A model generated the notes under the pieces. It was not told the origin of the DNA. It saw nothing but the letters and a program-made list of their open reading frames with translations, and searched no databases. Made by a program: the position numbers and the translations under genes. From Patescibacteria group bacterium (GTDB taxonomy: Bacteria > Patescibacteriota > Patescibacteriia > Patescibacteriales > UBA12465): 60,956 bases of DNA. Positions 1 to 9,780 of the stretch are shown piece by piece (the stretch's first letter is position 1; the number at the start of each line of letters is the position of its first letter). The stretch spans positions 1-60,956 of the forward strand of contig JAQUWT010000005.1 of NCBI GenBank assembly GCA_028692765.1, in the 5' to 3' direction.

Positions 1-386
1 TTAAAAACAATCAAACAATCGGGCTTAAGCGCCGCCGCCATTGCCTCCCAACTGTCTTTAATCATCGCCCAATAATTATTTTCCCGCCCCTGCCCCAAAT
101 GCTTGCGCCCTTCCGACCCCGAAATAAATATCAAAAAAATAATTATCCAGCGCTGGCCGGTAGCCGCCGCGGCTTGGCCTAAAAGATTGTACCGCAATCA
201 CGGTTGTTCCGCCTGCACCACCGACCGGAAGCAACGGCCATATTTGAAATTATGCGCTTTCTGCCGGACGGACGCTTAGCCGCCGGTTATCAGCCCCTTA
301 TTATCGATGCCTTGACCAAAGCCGGTCTCGGCCTGATTAATATCGAAGATGTCGCCGCTTGGGCAGAAATGAATAAAAAATTATGA
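1..386 (+). pseudogene. 3' remnant of a PilB/GspE-type (type II/IV secretion) ATPase, disrupted by an in-frame stop and a frameshift. It is also truncated by the left window edge.
   Basis: Frame 1 reads ..AIASQLSLIIAQ*LFSRPCPKCLRPSDPE..LYRNHGCSAC, with TAA at 73-75. The homologous continuation HHRPEATAIFEIMRF..IIDALTKAGLGLINIEDV is in frame 3 (ORF 204..386). The CxxC..CxxC tetracysteine and GR-x-IFE-like motifs are typical of the GspE C-terminal domain. Confidence 0.5.
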
Positions 387-1042
387 AGACGATTTGCGTC
401 ATCCCCGCCTACAACGAAGACCGACGCTTAGCCGGCGTTATCGCCAAGGTCCGGCCGCTGGTTGACGCCGTGGTCGTAGTGGACGATGGTTCCAAAAAAA
501 AGATTGAAGGGCTGGCAGAACTTGCCGGCGTTTTTGTCTTAAGGCATCCGATTAACCGCGGCCAAGGAGCGGCTCTGCAAACCGGCTCCGATTACGCCCT
601 AAAATTAGGCGCCGATATTATTATCCACTTCGACGCCGACGACCAATTTGCCGCCGCGGAAATTCCGGAAGTGATTGCGCCTTTGTTAAGCCAAGAAGCC
701 GATGTCGTCTTCGGCTCCCGCTTCTTGGGAAAAAAATCAAACATCCCCAAAATTAAAAAATATATCGTGATGCCGCTGGGTCGTTTCGCTAATAGGCTCT
801 GGGGAGTACGCACCAGCGATCCGCAAAGCGGTTTCCGGGCCTACACCAGAAAAGTGGCGCAAAGCTTCCGCATTGAAAACGACCGCATGGCCCACTGCAG
901 CGAAATCCTGATTAAGCTCAGCCAAGCCGGATGGCGCATCCAAGAAATACCCATTACCGTCACCTATCACGAATACGGACAAAAACTCGGCGGCGGCTTC
1001 CGTATCTTAAAAGATTTATTCCTGCAAAAAATCAGACAATAA
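383..1042 (+). CDS. Family 2 glycosyltransferase (polyprenyl-phosphate sugar synthase-like)
   Basis: VIPAYNE, VVVDDGS and FDADDQ (DxD) GT-A motifs in a 219 aa ORF. Its ATG overlaps the upstream TGA (ATGA). Confidence 0.8.
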   Translation: MKTICVIPAYNEDRRLAGVIAKVRPLVDAVVVVDDGSKKKIEGLAELAGVFVLRHPINRGQGAALQTGSDYALKLGADIIIHFDADDQFAAAEIPEVIAPLLSQEADVVFGSRFLGKKSNIPKIKKYIVMPLGRFANRLWGVRTSDPQSGFRAYTRKVAQSFRIENDRMAHCSEILIKLSQAGWRIQEIPITVTYHEYGQKLGGGFRILKDLFLQKIRQ

Positions 1043-1069
1043 AAAAAGGGGTGAACTTTAGTTCACCCC
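1041..1069 (-). terminator. Rho-independent terminator between convergent genes
   Basis: GGGGTGAAC-TTTA-GTTCACCCC hairpin (1048-1069). It is followed on the minus strand by a T7 run (A7 at 1041-1047 on plus). Confidence 0.6.
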
Positions 1070-1098
1070 CTTCCTGGAACAAAAACCTCCCAAACTTG

Positions 1099-1581
1099 CT
1101 ACCAGGGAATCAGTGTTGGCAAGAAGTAATCGCCTGCGACGATAATCGCCGTGATGAGAACAAACCAAAGCGGTGCCAACCATAATACCCCCATTTTTCC
1201 CGATTCTTTCCAAGCAGAAACGAAATCGATAATAGAAATGATGAAAGATAGTACAAATATCAGTACAGTAGCCAATAATGTAATTTTATCATCATTTAAG
1301 TTCTGAAACCATCCGCTGGAAAAAATTTCAGCGTCAAATTTCGTCCAAGTAAACAACGAATACCCGGACACTGAAAGGAAAGAGAGGCGTAAAGGTAAAT
1401 TGTTATCCGACATGATACTCGGAAAAATGAGCCAAATAAAGGCAACACTTCCGATAATGGCAGCAAACATGTCTTTCCCCTGAATATAAGTATTAGGGTG
1501 AGAAAACAAAATTCTTAATAGGGCATAAAAAATCACAAACCACACCAGCCCTTTGATGTGATTTTCAAAAAACTTTTTCAT
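1099..1581 (-). CDS. Hypothetical polytopic membrane protein
   Basis: 160 aa ORF with about 5 hydrophobic segments. It is visibly AT-richer than its neighbours, and I recognise no family motif. Confidence 0.55.
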   Translation of the reverse strand: MKKFFENHIKGLVWFVIFYALLRILFSHPNTYIQGKDMFAAIIGSVAFIWLIFPSIMSDNNLPLRLSFLSVSGYSLFTWTKFDAEIFSSGWFQNLNDDKITLLATVLIFVLSFIISIIDFVSAWKESGKMGVLWLAPLWFVLITAIIVAGDYFLPTLIPW

Positions 1582-1661
1582 CTTGAGGATTATTTAGTGA
1601 AACATTATAATGAACTGCAAATCATATAATCATAAAACGATAATTAAATTTTGTCAATCAT

Positions 1662-1982
1662 ATGCTTCAACAAGTCATCGCTCTCGCTTTTATCGCTATT
1701 TTCATCTGGCGCCTAAGCCTGCAAAAAAAGAAAAAACAAATCGGTAATAATGAGTTTGTTCTTTGGCTGGTTTTTTGGTTAATGGGAGCCTTGGCCATTA
1801 TTTTTATCCGCTCACTTGATAAAATTCTGGTCAATCTCGGATTTTCCGGCTCCGGTATAAATTTTTTGCTCTATCTGGCCGTTATCAGCCTATTTTATTT
1901 AGTGTTCAAGCTCCGCCTAAAAATCAGTAAACTGGAAAAAGATTTAACCGACTTAGTGAGAGAAATCACTCTAACAAAATAA
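1662..1982 (+). CDS. Small membrane protein, DUF2304-like
   Basis: 106 aa with 3-4 TM segments and a C-terminal amphipathic KISKLEKDL tail. This architecture and its placement beside GT2/GT4 genes fit DUF2304. Confidence 0.55.
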   Translation: MLQQVIALAFIAIFIWRLSLQKKKKQIGNNEFVLWLVFWLMGALAIIFIRSLDKILVNLGFSGSGINFLLYLAVISLFYLVFKLRLKISKLEKDLTDLVREITLTK

Positions 1983-1995
1983 AAGGAATGCCACT

Positions 1996-3174
1996 ATGAA
2001 AATTGCCCAAATCGTCTGCGCCTTCCCTCCCTATGCTGGCGGTATCGGCCAAAGTGCCTACCGTCTTGGAGAGATTTTAAGCCGCGAACATCAAGTTTCT
2101 ACTTTTACCTTAGCGCCGGCGAAGGAAAAAAACCCAAAAAAACCGGAGGCCAAACAAAAAATTATTTTTATGCGCCCATATCTGCGCTCCGGCCATGGCG
2201 CTTTCCCCATATTTCTACCCTTCCGGCTGCTATCTTTTGACTTAATCTATCTCCATTACCCTTTCTTCGGCGCTGATGCTTTAATTCTGCTACTAAGCCG
2301 CCTGCGCCGGAAACAAAAACTGATTATTCATTATCACATGGACACGCCCGCCCTGCCCGGATTAAAAAAAATCCTCGCTTTGCCCTCGCGCCTAATTCTG
2401 CCTAAACTGGTTAAAAAAGCGGAAAAAATTATAGTCTCCAGTCGAGATTACGCCGATAGCGGCCATTTAGCCAAAACCGCCAGACTTTATCCGGAAAAAA
2501 TCAAAGCCATACCTTTCGGCGTAGAAACCGACATTTTCCGGCCAAAAATTTCAAGCGGCACCAGCAAGGTAGCCAAGCAAGCGGCCGCTCTCGTCAATTT
2601 TGTTAATCGCCGTTTCATCAAAAGAGGCGGACACACGCTTTTGTTTGTCGGCGGCCTTGATCAGGCGCATTATTTTAAGGGCTTAAATATATTATTGCAA
2701 GCAATGAAGGCGATTACCAGTTCCGTCACCCTCAATATCATCGGCACCGGCGAATTAAAGGCTCAATACGAAGAAGAAGCCAAATCTTTAGGCTTGAGTA
2801 ATAAGGTTAATTTTTTAGGGCGGGTCAGCGAAGATGACTTAATCCGCCAATATCAAAATGCCGACCTCCTCATTCTTCCTTCCATCAACGAACACGAAGC
2901 CTTCGGCCTGGTCTTGATAGAGGCGATGGCCTGCGGGGTGCCGATTATCGCCAGCCGCCTGCCGGGCGTACGTAGCGTCTTTGAAGATGACAAGCAAGGC
3001 TATTTTTGCGAACCGGGCAATACCCGCGATTTAGCTGAAAAAATAGACCGGCTCTGCCAAGATGAAAATAAACGGCAAGCGATGGGAAAAGCGGCCAGAA
3101 GCTTGGCTGAAGATAAATATGGCTGGGAAAAAATTGCCGACCAGATATTAGACGAATTTTCAGGCAATAAATAA
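1996..3174 (+). CDS. GT-B glycosyltransferase, family 4
   Basis: C-terminal LPSINEHEAFGLVLIEAMACGVPIIAS (EX7E-type motif); 392 aa. Confidence 0.85.
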   Translation: MKIAQIVCAFPPYAGGIGQSAYRLGEILSREHQVSTFTLAPAKEKNPKKPEAKQKIIFMRPYLRSGHGAFPIFLPFRLLSFDLIYLHYPFFGADALILLLSRLRRKQKLIIHYHMDTPALPGLKKILALPSRLILPKLVKKAEKIIVSSRDYADSGHLAKTARLYPEKIKAIPFGVETDIFRPKISSGTSKVAKQAAALVNFVNRRFIKRGGHTLLFVGGLDQAHYFKGLNILLQAMKAITSSVTLNIIGTGELKAQYEEEAKSLGLSNKVNFLGRVSEDDLIRQYQNADLLILPSINEHEAFGLVLIEAMACGVPIIASRLPGVRSVFEDDKQGYFCEPGNTRDLAEKIDRLCQDENKRQAMGKAARSLAEDKYGWEKIADQILDEFSGNK

Positions 3175-3177
3175 TAT

Positions 3178-4230
3178 ATGATTATAGGTATCGCCAACAA
3201 TCTTTTGGGAGAATACGGACGCGGCAGCGGCGCGGAAGTAATCGCGGAAAATATGGCCGCTGATTTCCGTCGACAAGGACATCAAGTTTTTATTGTTACC
3301 ACCAAGCCGAAAGGGGCAAAAAATAGCGACAGTGATGATATTTATTATCTTGAATCCAACTACCACCGTTTAAAAGACTGGCCGGCTTCCAAAAAATTCC
3401 TATGGCACGCCGGCCAACTGGTTTTGCCTGGAAATTGCCGGCAAATTAAAAAAATACTGCAAGATAGGAAGCCGAATTTATTTATCACCCATAATCTCGT
3501 CGGCCTCGGCGCCTGCCTGCCCCGCCTCTTAAAAAAATATGGCATCCGGCACGAACATGTACTTCACGACATCCAGCTTCTGCATCCATCCGGCTTGATG
3601 TACTGGGGGCAAGAAAAAATAATCAGTAGCCCGGCCGCCAAAATCTACCAAGCATTTACCAAATATTTATTAAAAAATGCCAGCCTCATCATCTCCCCTT
3701 CCCGCTGGCTCTTAGCGCTCCACCGCCAGCACGGATTCTTTGCCAATCAAGCCAAGGAAATAAGGCCAAATTTTAACTTAAAAAAAATCACTCCCCCCGC
3801 TTTAAAAAAACCTGTAAAATTTGTCTTCACCGGCCAGATAGAAAAACATAAAGGCATTAAAATCCTGCTATTAGCGTGGCAACAAGCGGCTCTCAGCCCA
3901 GAAACAGCTAAACTGATTATCGCCGGAGACGGCTCTCTCGCTAAGTGGCTTGAAAAAGAAACGGCCTCAATAGATAATATCGATTATGTCGGCCGTCTTG
4001 ACCGCAGCGGCATTGCCGCGCTCTTGGATGAATCCGATGTGTTAGTCCTGCCTTCCCTGGTTTATGAAAATTCTCCCACCAGCATCTGGGAAGCGGCGGC
4101 GGCCGGACGGCGCGCGATTGCTTCCGATATCGGCGGCATTCCGGAATTAGCACCCTATCTCGACTTAAGCTTAATTCCTCCCGATGATGTTTCCGCTTTG
4201 GCAAAAGCGATGAAAACAATTATTGATTAA
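3178..4230 (+). CDS. GT-B glycosyltransferase, family 4
   Basis: LPSLVYENSPTSIWEAAAAGRRAIASDIGGIPE motif; 350 aa; 3-nt gap to the upstream GT. Confidence 0.8.
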   Translation: MIIGIANNLLGEYGRGSGAEVIAENMAADFRRQGHQVFIVTTKPKGAKNSDSDDIYYLESNYHRLKDWPASKKFLWHAGQLVLPGNCRQIKKILQDRKPNLFITHNLVGLGACLPRLLKKYGIRHEHVLHDIQLLHPSGLMYWGQEKIISSPAAKIYQAFTKYLLKNASLIISPSRWLLALHRQHGFFANQAKEIRPNFNLKKITPPALKKPVKFVFTGQIEKHKGIKILLLAWQQAALSPETAKLIIAGDGSLAKWLEKETASIDNIDYVGRLDRSGIAALLDESDVLVLPSLVYENSPTSIWEAAAAGRRAIASDIGGIPELAPYLDLSLIPPDDVSALAKAMKTIID

Positions 4231-4232
4231 TG

Positions 4233-4264
4233 CAAAAAAAACCTCCGCGTCGTCGGAGGTTTTT
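4233..4264. terminator. Bidirectional rho-independent terminator
   Basis: AACCTCCG-cgtcgt-CGGAGGTT hairpin flanked by an A run (upstream) and a T run (downstream), between convergent genes. Confidence 0.7.
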
Positions 4265-4288
4265 AAATTATAGACAAATTATTTATTC

Positions 4289-5311
4289 CTACGCCTGAAA
4301 TCCGCGCAAGCGCTTCTGAGCCTGAAGGGCGAATATCGTCTTCTTCAATCCATTCTCCAGGGTCACAACCGGCATCCAGCCTAAATTTTCCCGAGCCAGC
4401 CTGATATCGGGCAAAACCAATTCGCTCATAAATAAGCGCGCATCATTATAGACGATGCTGGCCTCGGAATTAGTCGCCTTGATAATCATCATCGCCAAAT
4501 CGGTCAAATTGACGTCAACATCGGAGCCGATATTTATCGGACCCGCTTCTTTAGAATTCATTAATTTAAGGGCGGCATCGACTACGTCATCGACGTAACA
4601 GAAAGATGAAGAAAATCTGTCATCGCCGAAAATTACCAAATCTTTTCCGTCTAAGGCATTATTGATAAAATCAGGAATCATCTGATCGTCATTAAGCTCC
4701 ATGCGCGGGCCATAGACGCGGAAGAGCCGGATAATCTTGGCATCAAGCCCGAAAACTTCATGATAGTTTGACACTAAAGTTTCGGCAAAACGCTTACCCT
4801 CGTCATAAGAACTGCGCGAAGAAAGATGATCGACAATACCTAATTCGTTTTCCGACACTTTGCGGTCTCCCGCTCCAGCCTGGCGCGGACCATAGACAAC
4901 CGAAGAAGAAAACTGCATAAATTTAGCCTTGGAGGCTAAAGCCAAATCAAGCAAGTTAATCACGCCCAGAGAATTGGCGGCTAAAGTAGCCACGCGATTT
5001 TCCAGAAAACGACGAGGCGACATCGGGCAAGCTAAATTATATATTTCCTGCAGGCCCTGAAATTCTAATTTAAATTTCTTCAATTCCGGTAAGGCCGACC
5101 AATCGAGGGACTTGGAAATATCATGATTAATGAAAACAAAATCCGGATTGGAAAGAAGGTGGTCGATATTACTCTCGCTGCTGCTGGAAAAATTATCGAC
5201 ACAGATGACCTTACAGGTTTTTACCAGTTCGTCGCAAAGATGAGAGCCGACAAAACCGGCGCCGCCGGCCACGAGCACGTTCTTTTTTTCAAAAATTACT
5301 TGTTTGGGCAT
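4289..5311 (-). CDS. NAD-dependent sugar-nucleotide epimerase/dehydratase (UDP-glucuronate decarboxylase-like extended SDR)
   Basis: VAGGAGFVGSHL Rossmann motif and a YDEGKR (YxxxK) catalytic motif; 340 aa. Confidence 0.8.
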   Translation of the reverse strand: MPKQVIFEKKNVLVAGGAGFVGSHLCDELVKTCKVICVDNFSSSSESNIDHLLSNPDFVFINHDISKSLDWSALPELKKFKLEFQGLQEIYNLACPMSPRRFLENRVATLAANSLGVINLLDLALASKAKFMQFSSSVVYGPRQAGAGDRKVSENELGIVDHLSSRSSYDEGKRFAETLVSNYHEVFGLDAKIIRLFRVYGPRMELNDDQMIPDFINNALDGKDLVIFGDDRFSSSFCYVDDVVDAALKLMNSKEAGPINIGSDVDVNLTDLAMMIIKATNSEASIVYNDARLFMSELVLPDIRLARENLGWMPVVTLENGLKKTIFALQAQKRLRGFQA

Positions 5312-5358
5312 ATGATTATAAAACGGATATAAATAAAAATTTAAGCGATAAAAACAAG

Positions 5359-7386
5359 CTAATTAACAAAATTTACTACGCCGACATTCACCCCGCCGCT
5401 AAAACTTTCCGAAAAAGCGTAGAATGACTCCATCAAATCACCCTTGCCGCTGAATACACGCACATGAGGAGCGGCGCCCGGTTTGGCACCAACCACAATA
5501 TCGGCACTGCCATCGTTATCCAAATCGCCGGCAGCGACGCTGAAACCTCCCTGCCAATTTCGTCCATAGGCCATAAAAGTTTTTTTAAGTTCGCCTTTAT
5601 TGGAAAAAATCCGGAGCCAGGGCTCACGGCCGACACCGGGGGCGATAATGATTTCATCTTTATTACGATCAGCGCGCCCGTCAACATTAGCGACCGCCAC
5701 TTGCAAACCGCCTTTAAAGTTTTTTTCAAAAGCGAAAAACTGCCCCTGCAAATGCCCGCGTCTATCGAAAATTTTTACCTCAGGCGCGCCTCCCTGTCCG
5801 GGAACAGCAATAATTTCTGCCGCCCCTTGGCCGTCGATATTACCGGCTGCCACATTGACGCCTCCGCGAAAATTCTTGGCAAAAGCGAAAAACTGCCCCT
5901 TCAACAAACCTTTGTGGTCAAAGATGCGAACGTGCGGACCGCCGCCGGCACCAGCGCCGACCACTATTTCCGCCAAGCCGTCATCATTAACATCGGCGAC
6001 AGCTAAACTGAAGCCGCCTTTAAAATTACGGTCGTAGACTAAAAATTTACCGCGTAAATTACCGTCCGGACCGTAAATACTGACATATGGCTCCTGTCCG
6101 GCGGGAGCGGCACTAATAATTTCATCTTCACCGTTGCCATCAACATCGCCGGCGGCAAAAATACCGCCAGCCGCCTCAGATAAAGGCCAGGCATTTAAGA
6201 CAACTCCGCTTTTATCGCGTATTTCCAAACTACTGCTAGCAGTAGCAGTAGCCGGATTAATCATTAATCGGGCGAGATGGGAATATAAGCCCTCTTGAGC
6301 AACCGTCACCGCCCTTTCCAAATTAACGCGCCCCGAACCGAGTTGGCCGAGATAATTAGGGTTAAGGCGACTGATATTATCAGTGGTCTGCAAAAGTATT
6401 TTTACAATTTCAAAAGGGCGCAATTGAGGATTAGCTTCGGCGATTAAAGCCAAGGAACCGCTGATGACCGGAGCGGCCATTGAGGTTCCGGACCAAAAGC
6501 CGTCATAATATTTGTCAGGGTCATTCGGATTGCCGCCATGCGTAATGGTGCTATAGAAACTGACGCCGGGAGCGGCAATATCGACGCACTTGAAACCATA
6601 GCTGGAAAAATCAGTTTTTTGGTCAAGAGCATCGGTGGCAGCCACGCCTATCACCATATTTTCGCCATTTTTGCCGTCATAGCAAGCCGGATAAATCGGC
6701 GTCTTATCAGTATTATAAGCTTCGCCGTCTTGCTGTTCATTGCCGGCGGCCGCCACGACGATAACGCCGGCGTCATAAGCGCGCTGGATAGCATCCTGCA
6801 AAGCCTGGCTATAAGTAAAACCGACAAAACTCAAATTAATAATATCCGCGCCATTGTGAACGGCATAATCAATCGCTCTGACTACTGCCCCGATGTGCCC
6901 CTCGCCCTTATCATTTAAAGCGCGCAGGGGCATAATTTTCGCTTTCCAGGTAACGCCACTGATGCCTTGATGATTATTGCCGACGGCCGCGATTATTCCC
7001 GCTACCATCGTACCGTGAGAAATACCTGACTCCGTCCAGCCTTCGTCGAATTTAGGAGAAGGATCGGGCAAGTTCTGGACAAAGTCCCATCCGGAAACAT
7101 CGTCAATAAAACCGTTGTAATCGTCATCAATCTGATTATCAGGAATTTCCTGAAGGTTTATCCAAATATTATCGCGCAAATCAGGATGATTAATCTCGAC
7201 GCCGGCATCAACCACCGCCACCGTGATATTCGGGCTGCTGTTAATTTTTTCCCAAGCGGCCGGGGCCTTAATACGCGACAGATACCACTGGTTGCCATAA
7301 TAGGAATCGTTCGGCAAAAAACTGGCGCCGGCTACCGGCGCCGCCAAAAGCAAAAATACAAAAAAAGAGGCGAAAAATGCTTTCAT
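5359..7386 (-). CDS. Secreted subtilisin-family (S8) peptidase fused to a C-terminal FG-GAP/VCBS-type repeat region
   Basis: Signal peptide present. The Asp (VAVVDAGV), His (HGTMVAGII) and Ser (GTSMAAPVISG) triad motifs are present. About 5-6 repeats follow, of the form GD(V/L)(D/N)xDGxxEI(I/V)..P.V.I(F/Y)..G.L...F.A(F/Y)..F.GG. Confidence 0.85.
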   Translation of the reverse strand: MKAFFASFFVFLLLAAPVAGASFLPNDSYYGNQWYLSRIKAPAAWEKINSSPNITVAVVDAGVEINHPDLRDNIWINLQEIPDNQIDDDYNGFIDDVSGWDFVQNLPDPSPKFDEGWTESGISHGTMVAGIIAAVGNNHQGISGVTWKAKIMPLRALNDKGEGHIGAVVRAIDYAVHNGADIINLSFVGFTYSQALQDAIQRAYDAGVIVVAAAGNEQQDGEAYNTDKTPIYPACYDGKNGENMVIGVAATDALDQKTDFSSYGFKCVDIAAPGVSFYSTITHGGNPNDPDKYYDGFWSGTSMAAPVISGSLALIAEANPQLRPFEIVKILLQTTDNISRLNPNYLGQLGSGRVNLERAVTVAQEGLYSHLARLMINPATATASSSLEIRDKSGVVLNAWPLSEAAGGIFAAGDVDGNGEDEIISAAPAGQEPYVSIYGPDGNLRGKFLVYDRNFKGGFSLAVADVNDDGLAEIVVGAGAGGGPHVRIFDHKGLLKGQFFAFAKNFRGGVNVAAGNIDGQGAAEIIAVPGQGGAPEVKIFDRRGHLQGQFFAFEKNFKGGLQVAVANVDGRADRNKDEIIIAPGVGREPWLRIFSNKGELKKTFMAYGRNWQGGFSVAAGDLDNDGSADIVVGAKPGAAPHVRVFSGKGDLMESFYAFSESFSGGVNVGVVNFVN

Positions 7387-7427
7387 ATCATCTCTATCAT
7401 AACATATTTATCAGACAATTCAAAGAT

Positions 7428-7447
7428 AAAAAAAACGGGCTTAGCCC
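7428..7447 (-). terminator. Short rho-independent terminator after the GT4 gene
   Basis: On the minus strand, GGGC-TAA-GCCC is followed by G and T8. Confidence 0.45.
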
Positions 7448-7451
7448 ATTT

Positions 7452-8663
7452 TTATTTCTCAGTTAATATCTTCAAAGTTTCCCTGGCTGATTGTTCCCAA
7501 CTGAATTTATCCGCCCGCGCCAGACCCTTAGAGATTAAGGTTCGGCGTAAATTTTCATTACCGGCGATATCGGCCAAAGCGGCGGCCAACTCATTCTTAT
7601 CGCGCGGATTGAAGTAGATAGGCGCCTCCCCTAAAATTTCTCTCAAAACAGGGATATCGGAAACTAGAGCCGGCACGCCGCAAGCCATCGCCTGTAAGAC
7701 GGGGATGCCGAATCCCTCATGTAGAGTAGGAAAGACAAAGGCTAGGGCGGCGCTGAAAATAACCGGCAAATCTTCTTCCGCTACCCAGCCGGGCATCAAA
7801 ACTTGGCGGCTAAGATTATATTCTTCAATAATATATTTAACCTCATCATAGCCGAAGCCGGCATTGCCTATCAAAACCAAGTTGATATTGCTATGGGGAT
7901 TAGTCTCTTTAAATAAAGCAAAAGCCTCGACGAGGGCCTGGGTGTTTTTCTTCTTTTCCAAGCGGCCGACATACAGGAAAAAGGGCTCCTCCAGGCCGTA
8001 TTTTTCTAAAATCAGGCGGCGTTCTTCTTTGTCGGTACGGGTAAAATAAAGTTCGCGCGCATAACCGTTATGGACGACCTTAATCTTATCCGCATATTCC
8101 GGAGAATAAACATCAAGAATTTCTTGACGAGTAAATTCGGAAACAGCGATAATCGTGCTTGCATGCTTTAAGGCATAAGCCGTCGACCAGGCCAGATAAT
8201 CGAAAGAATTTGATTCATAGCGCCCGCGGGTAAGCAGACGCGTCAATAAGTTTAAAAAACGCTTGCCTGTTTTTGATTCCAAACGCAATCCCCGACGTTG
8301 ATATAAGCCGCCTTCGCGCAAAAATGCGATATCATGAATGGTGTTGACCGTATGGCGCGCTTGAAATAAAGGCAAGGAATGAGCGGGCACGAACAGCACA
8401 TCGGGACGTCTGATAATCATTTCCCAAGACAAGCGGCCAAGTGTCCAAAAATAACGCCAAGGCCAATAGAGGCGGCGAAATTGAAAATTTGGATAAGGAG
8501 CAATAGCGGCCTGCAAATCCGGAGAAGCTTCCTTGTCCAAATAAAGAATATATTTATTGTCGCGATCAAGACGGGCCAGATGCTCAATGATATAAAAAGA
8601 ATACCATTCTGTTCCCGTTCGCAAAGATCGATTGGCGCGAGAAGCGTCGATGCCGATAACCAT
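7452..8663 (-). CDS. GT-B glycosyltransferase, family 4
   Basis: FVFPTLHEGFGIPVLQAMACGVPALVSD motif; 403 aa. Confidence 0.85.
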   Translation of the reverse strand: MVIGIDASRANRSLRTGTEWYSFYIIEHLARLDRDNKYILYLDKEASPDLQAAIAPYPNFQFRRLYWPWRYFWTLGRLSWEMIIRRPDVLFVPAHSLPLFQARHTVNTIHDIAFLREGGLYQRRGLRLESKTGKRFLNLLTRLLTRGRYESNSFDYLAWSTAYALKHASTIIAVSEFTRQEILDVYSPEYADKIKVVHNGYARELYFTRTDKEERRLILEKYGLEEPFFLYVGRLEKKKNTQALVEAFALFKETNPHSNINLVLIGNAGFGYDEVKYIIEEYNLSRQVLMPGWVAEEDLPVIFSAALAFVFPTLHEGFGIPVLQAMACGVPALVSDIPVLREILGEAPIYFNPRDKNELAAALADIAGNENLRRTLISKGLARADKFSWEQSARETLKILTEK

Positions 8664-8674
8664 ATGGGCAAAAA

Positions 8675-9682
8675 CTATTTGGTGGCCAAAATACTGCGCT
8701 TATAAGAATCAAGATTATCTAAAGCGATACCCGTACCTTTGGCTACGCACAATAAAGCGTCATCAGCGATATAGGCAGGCACGCCGGTAGTGCGAGCCAC
8801 CAGCTGATCAATATTGCGCAGCAGGGCGCTGCCGCCGGACAAAATTATGCCTTTGTCCATAATGTCAGCCGCCAATTCCGGCGGGGTCTTCTGCAAAACG
8901 CGCTTGGCGGCGGCGATAATCGCTTCCAATTCATTCTGGATAGCCTCGGTCACATCATCGCTGGAAACGGTGATGCTGCGAGGCAGACCGGTAACGATAT
9001 CCCGGCCCCTGATTTCCATATAAAGCTTATCTTCAATATAGAGGGCCGAACCGATATTAATCTTTATTTCTTCCGCTGTCCGTTCGCCGATGGCTAAATT
9101 ATATTTTTTACGGATATGTTCTAAGATAGCGGCATCGAATTTGTTGCCGCCGACGCGCACTGAAGTTGAAGCCACGATGCCTCCCAGAGAAATCACTGCC
9201 ATTTCCGCCGTACCGCCGCCGATATCGATAATCATATGACCGGTAGCCGAACCGATAGGGATATCGGCGCCGATAGCGGCCGCTACCGGCTCTTTGATAA
9301 TATAGGCGGCTTTAGCGCCGGCGGCGATAGTCGCTTCGATAACCGCCCGTCTTTCCGTCGAAGAAATGCCAGCCGGCACCGCTACCATCACTTCCGGACG
9401 AAAAAGGCGGACCCCGCCCAATGTCTTATTGATAAAATAACGAATCATGGCCTCGGTGGTCCGATAATCGGCAATCACGCCGTCTTTTAAAGGACGGGCG
9501 GCGACAATTGTATCCGGCGTCCGCCCCAACATGTCCTTAGCCTCATTGCCGACCGCCAGAATTTTATTGTCGTCAATAGAAACAGCCACCACCGAGGGTT
9601 CGTTAATCACGATGCCGCGACGGGGCAGATGCACTAAGGTATAAGTTGTGCCCAAATCAATACCGATGCGTTTTATAAACAT
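8675..9682 (-). CDS. mreB: Actin-like rod-shape protein MreB (second paralog)
   Basis: GIDLGTTYT phosphate-1 and DIGGGTAEMAV phosphate-2 motifs; 335 aa. By eye it is about half identical to the 14505..15551 copy. Confidence 0.85.
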   Translation of the reverse strand: MFIKRIGIDLGTTYTLVHLPRRGIVINEPSVVAVSIDDNKILAVGNEAKDMLGRTPDTIVAARPLKDGVIADYRTTEAMIRYFINKTLGGVRLFRPEVMVAVPAGISSTERRAVIEATIAAGAKAAYIIKEPVAAAIGADIPIGSATGHMIIDIGGGTAEMAVISLGGIVASTSVRVGGNKFDAAILEHIRKKYNLAIGERTAEEIKINIGSALYIEDKLYMEIRGRDIVTGLPRSITVSSDDVTEAIQNELEAIIAAAKRVLQKTPPELAADIMDKGIILSGGSALLRNIDQLVARTTGVPAYIADDALLCVAKGTGIALDNLDSYKRSILATK

Positions 9683-9780
9683 AAATTAGACTAAAATAAA
9701 ACAAAAAATTTCAGAAACCGAGCTTCCTCCTATAAAACTATATGTTACCCCAAATTCTTTGGCCGGTCAAATGGTAAATA

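Noticed and set aside
5464-6037. Long antisense ORFs (180 aa and 145 aa) inside the S8/FG-GAP gene. Similar shadow ORFs occur at 11768..12325, 14746..15558, 16075..16443, 19487..20053, 22038..22529, 31132..31740, 31875..32411 and 46984..47352.
   Set aside because: All lie fully within much longer ORFs on the opposite strand that have clear family motifs. Their translations are low-complexity or Arg/Ser/Pro-rich, as expected for the antisense frames of GC-biased codons.
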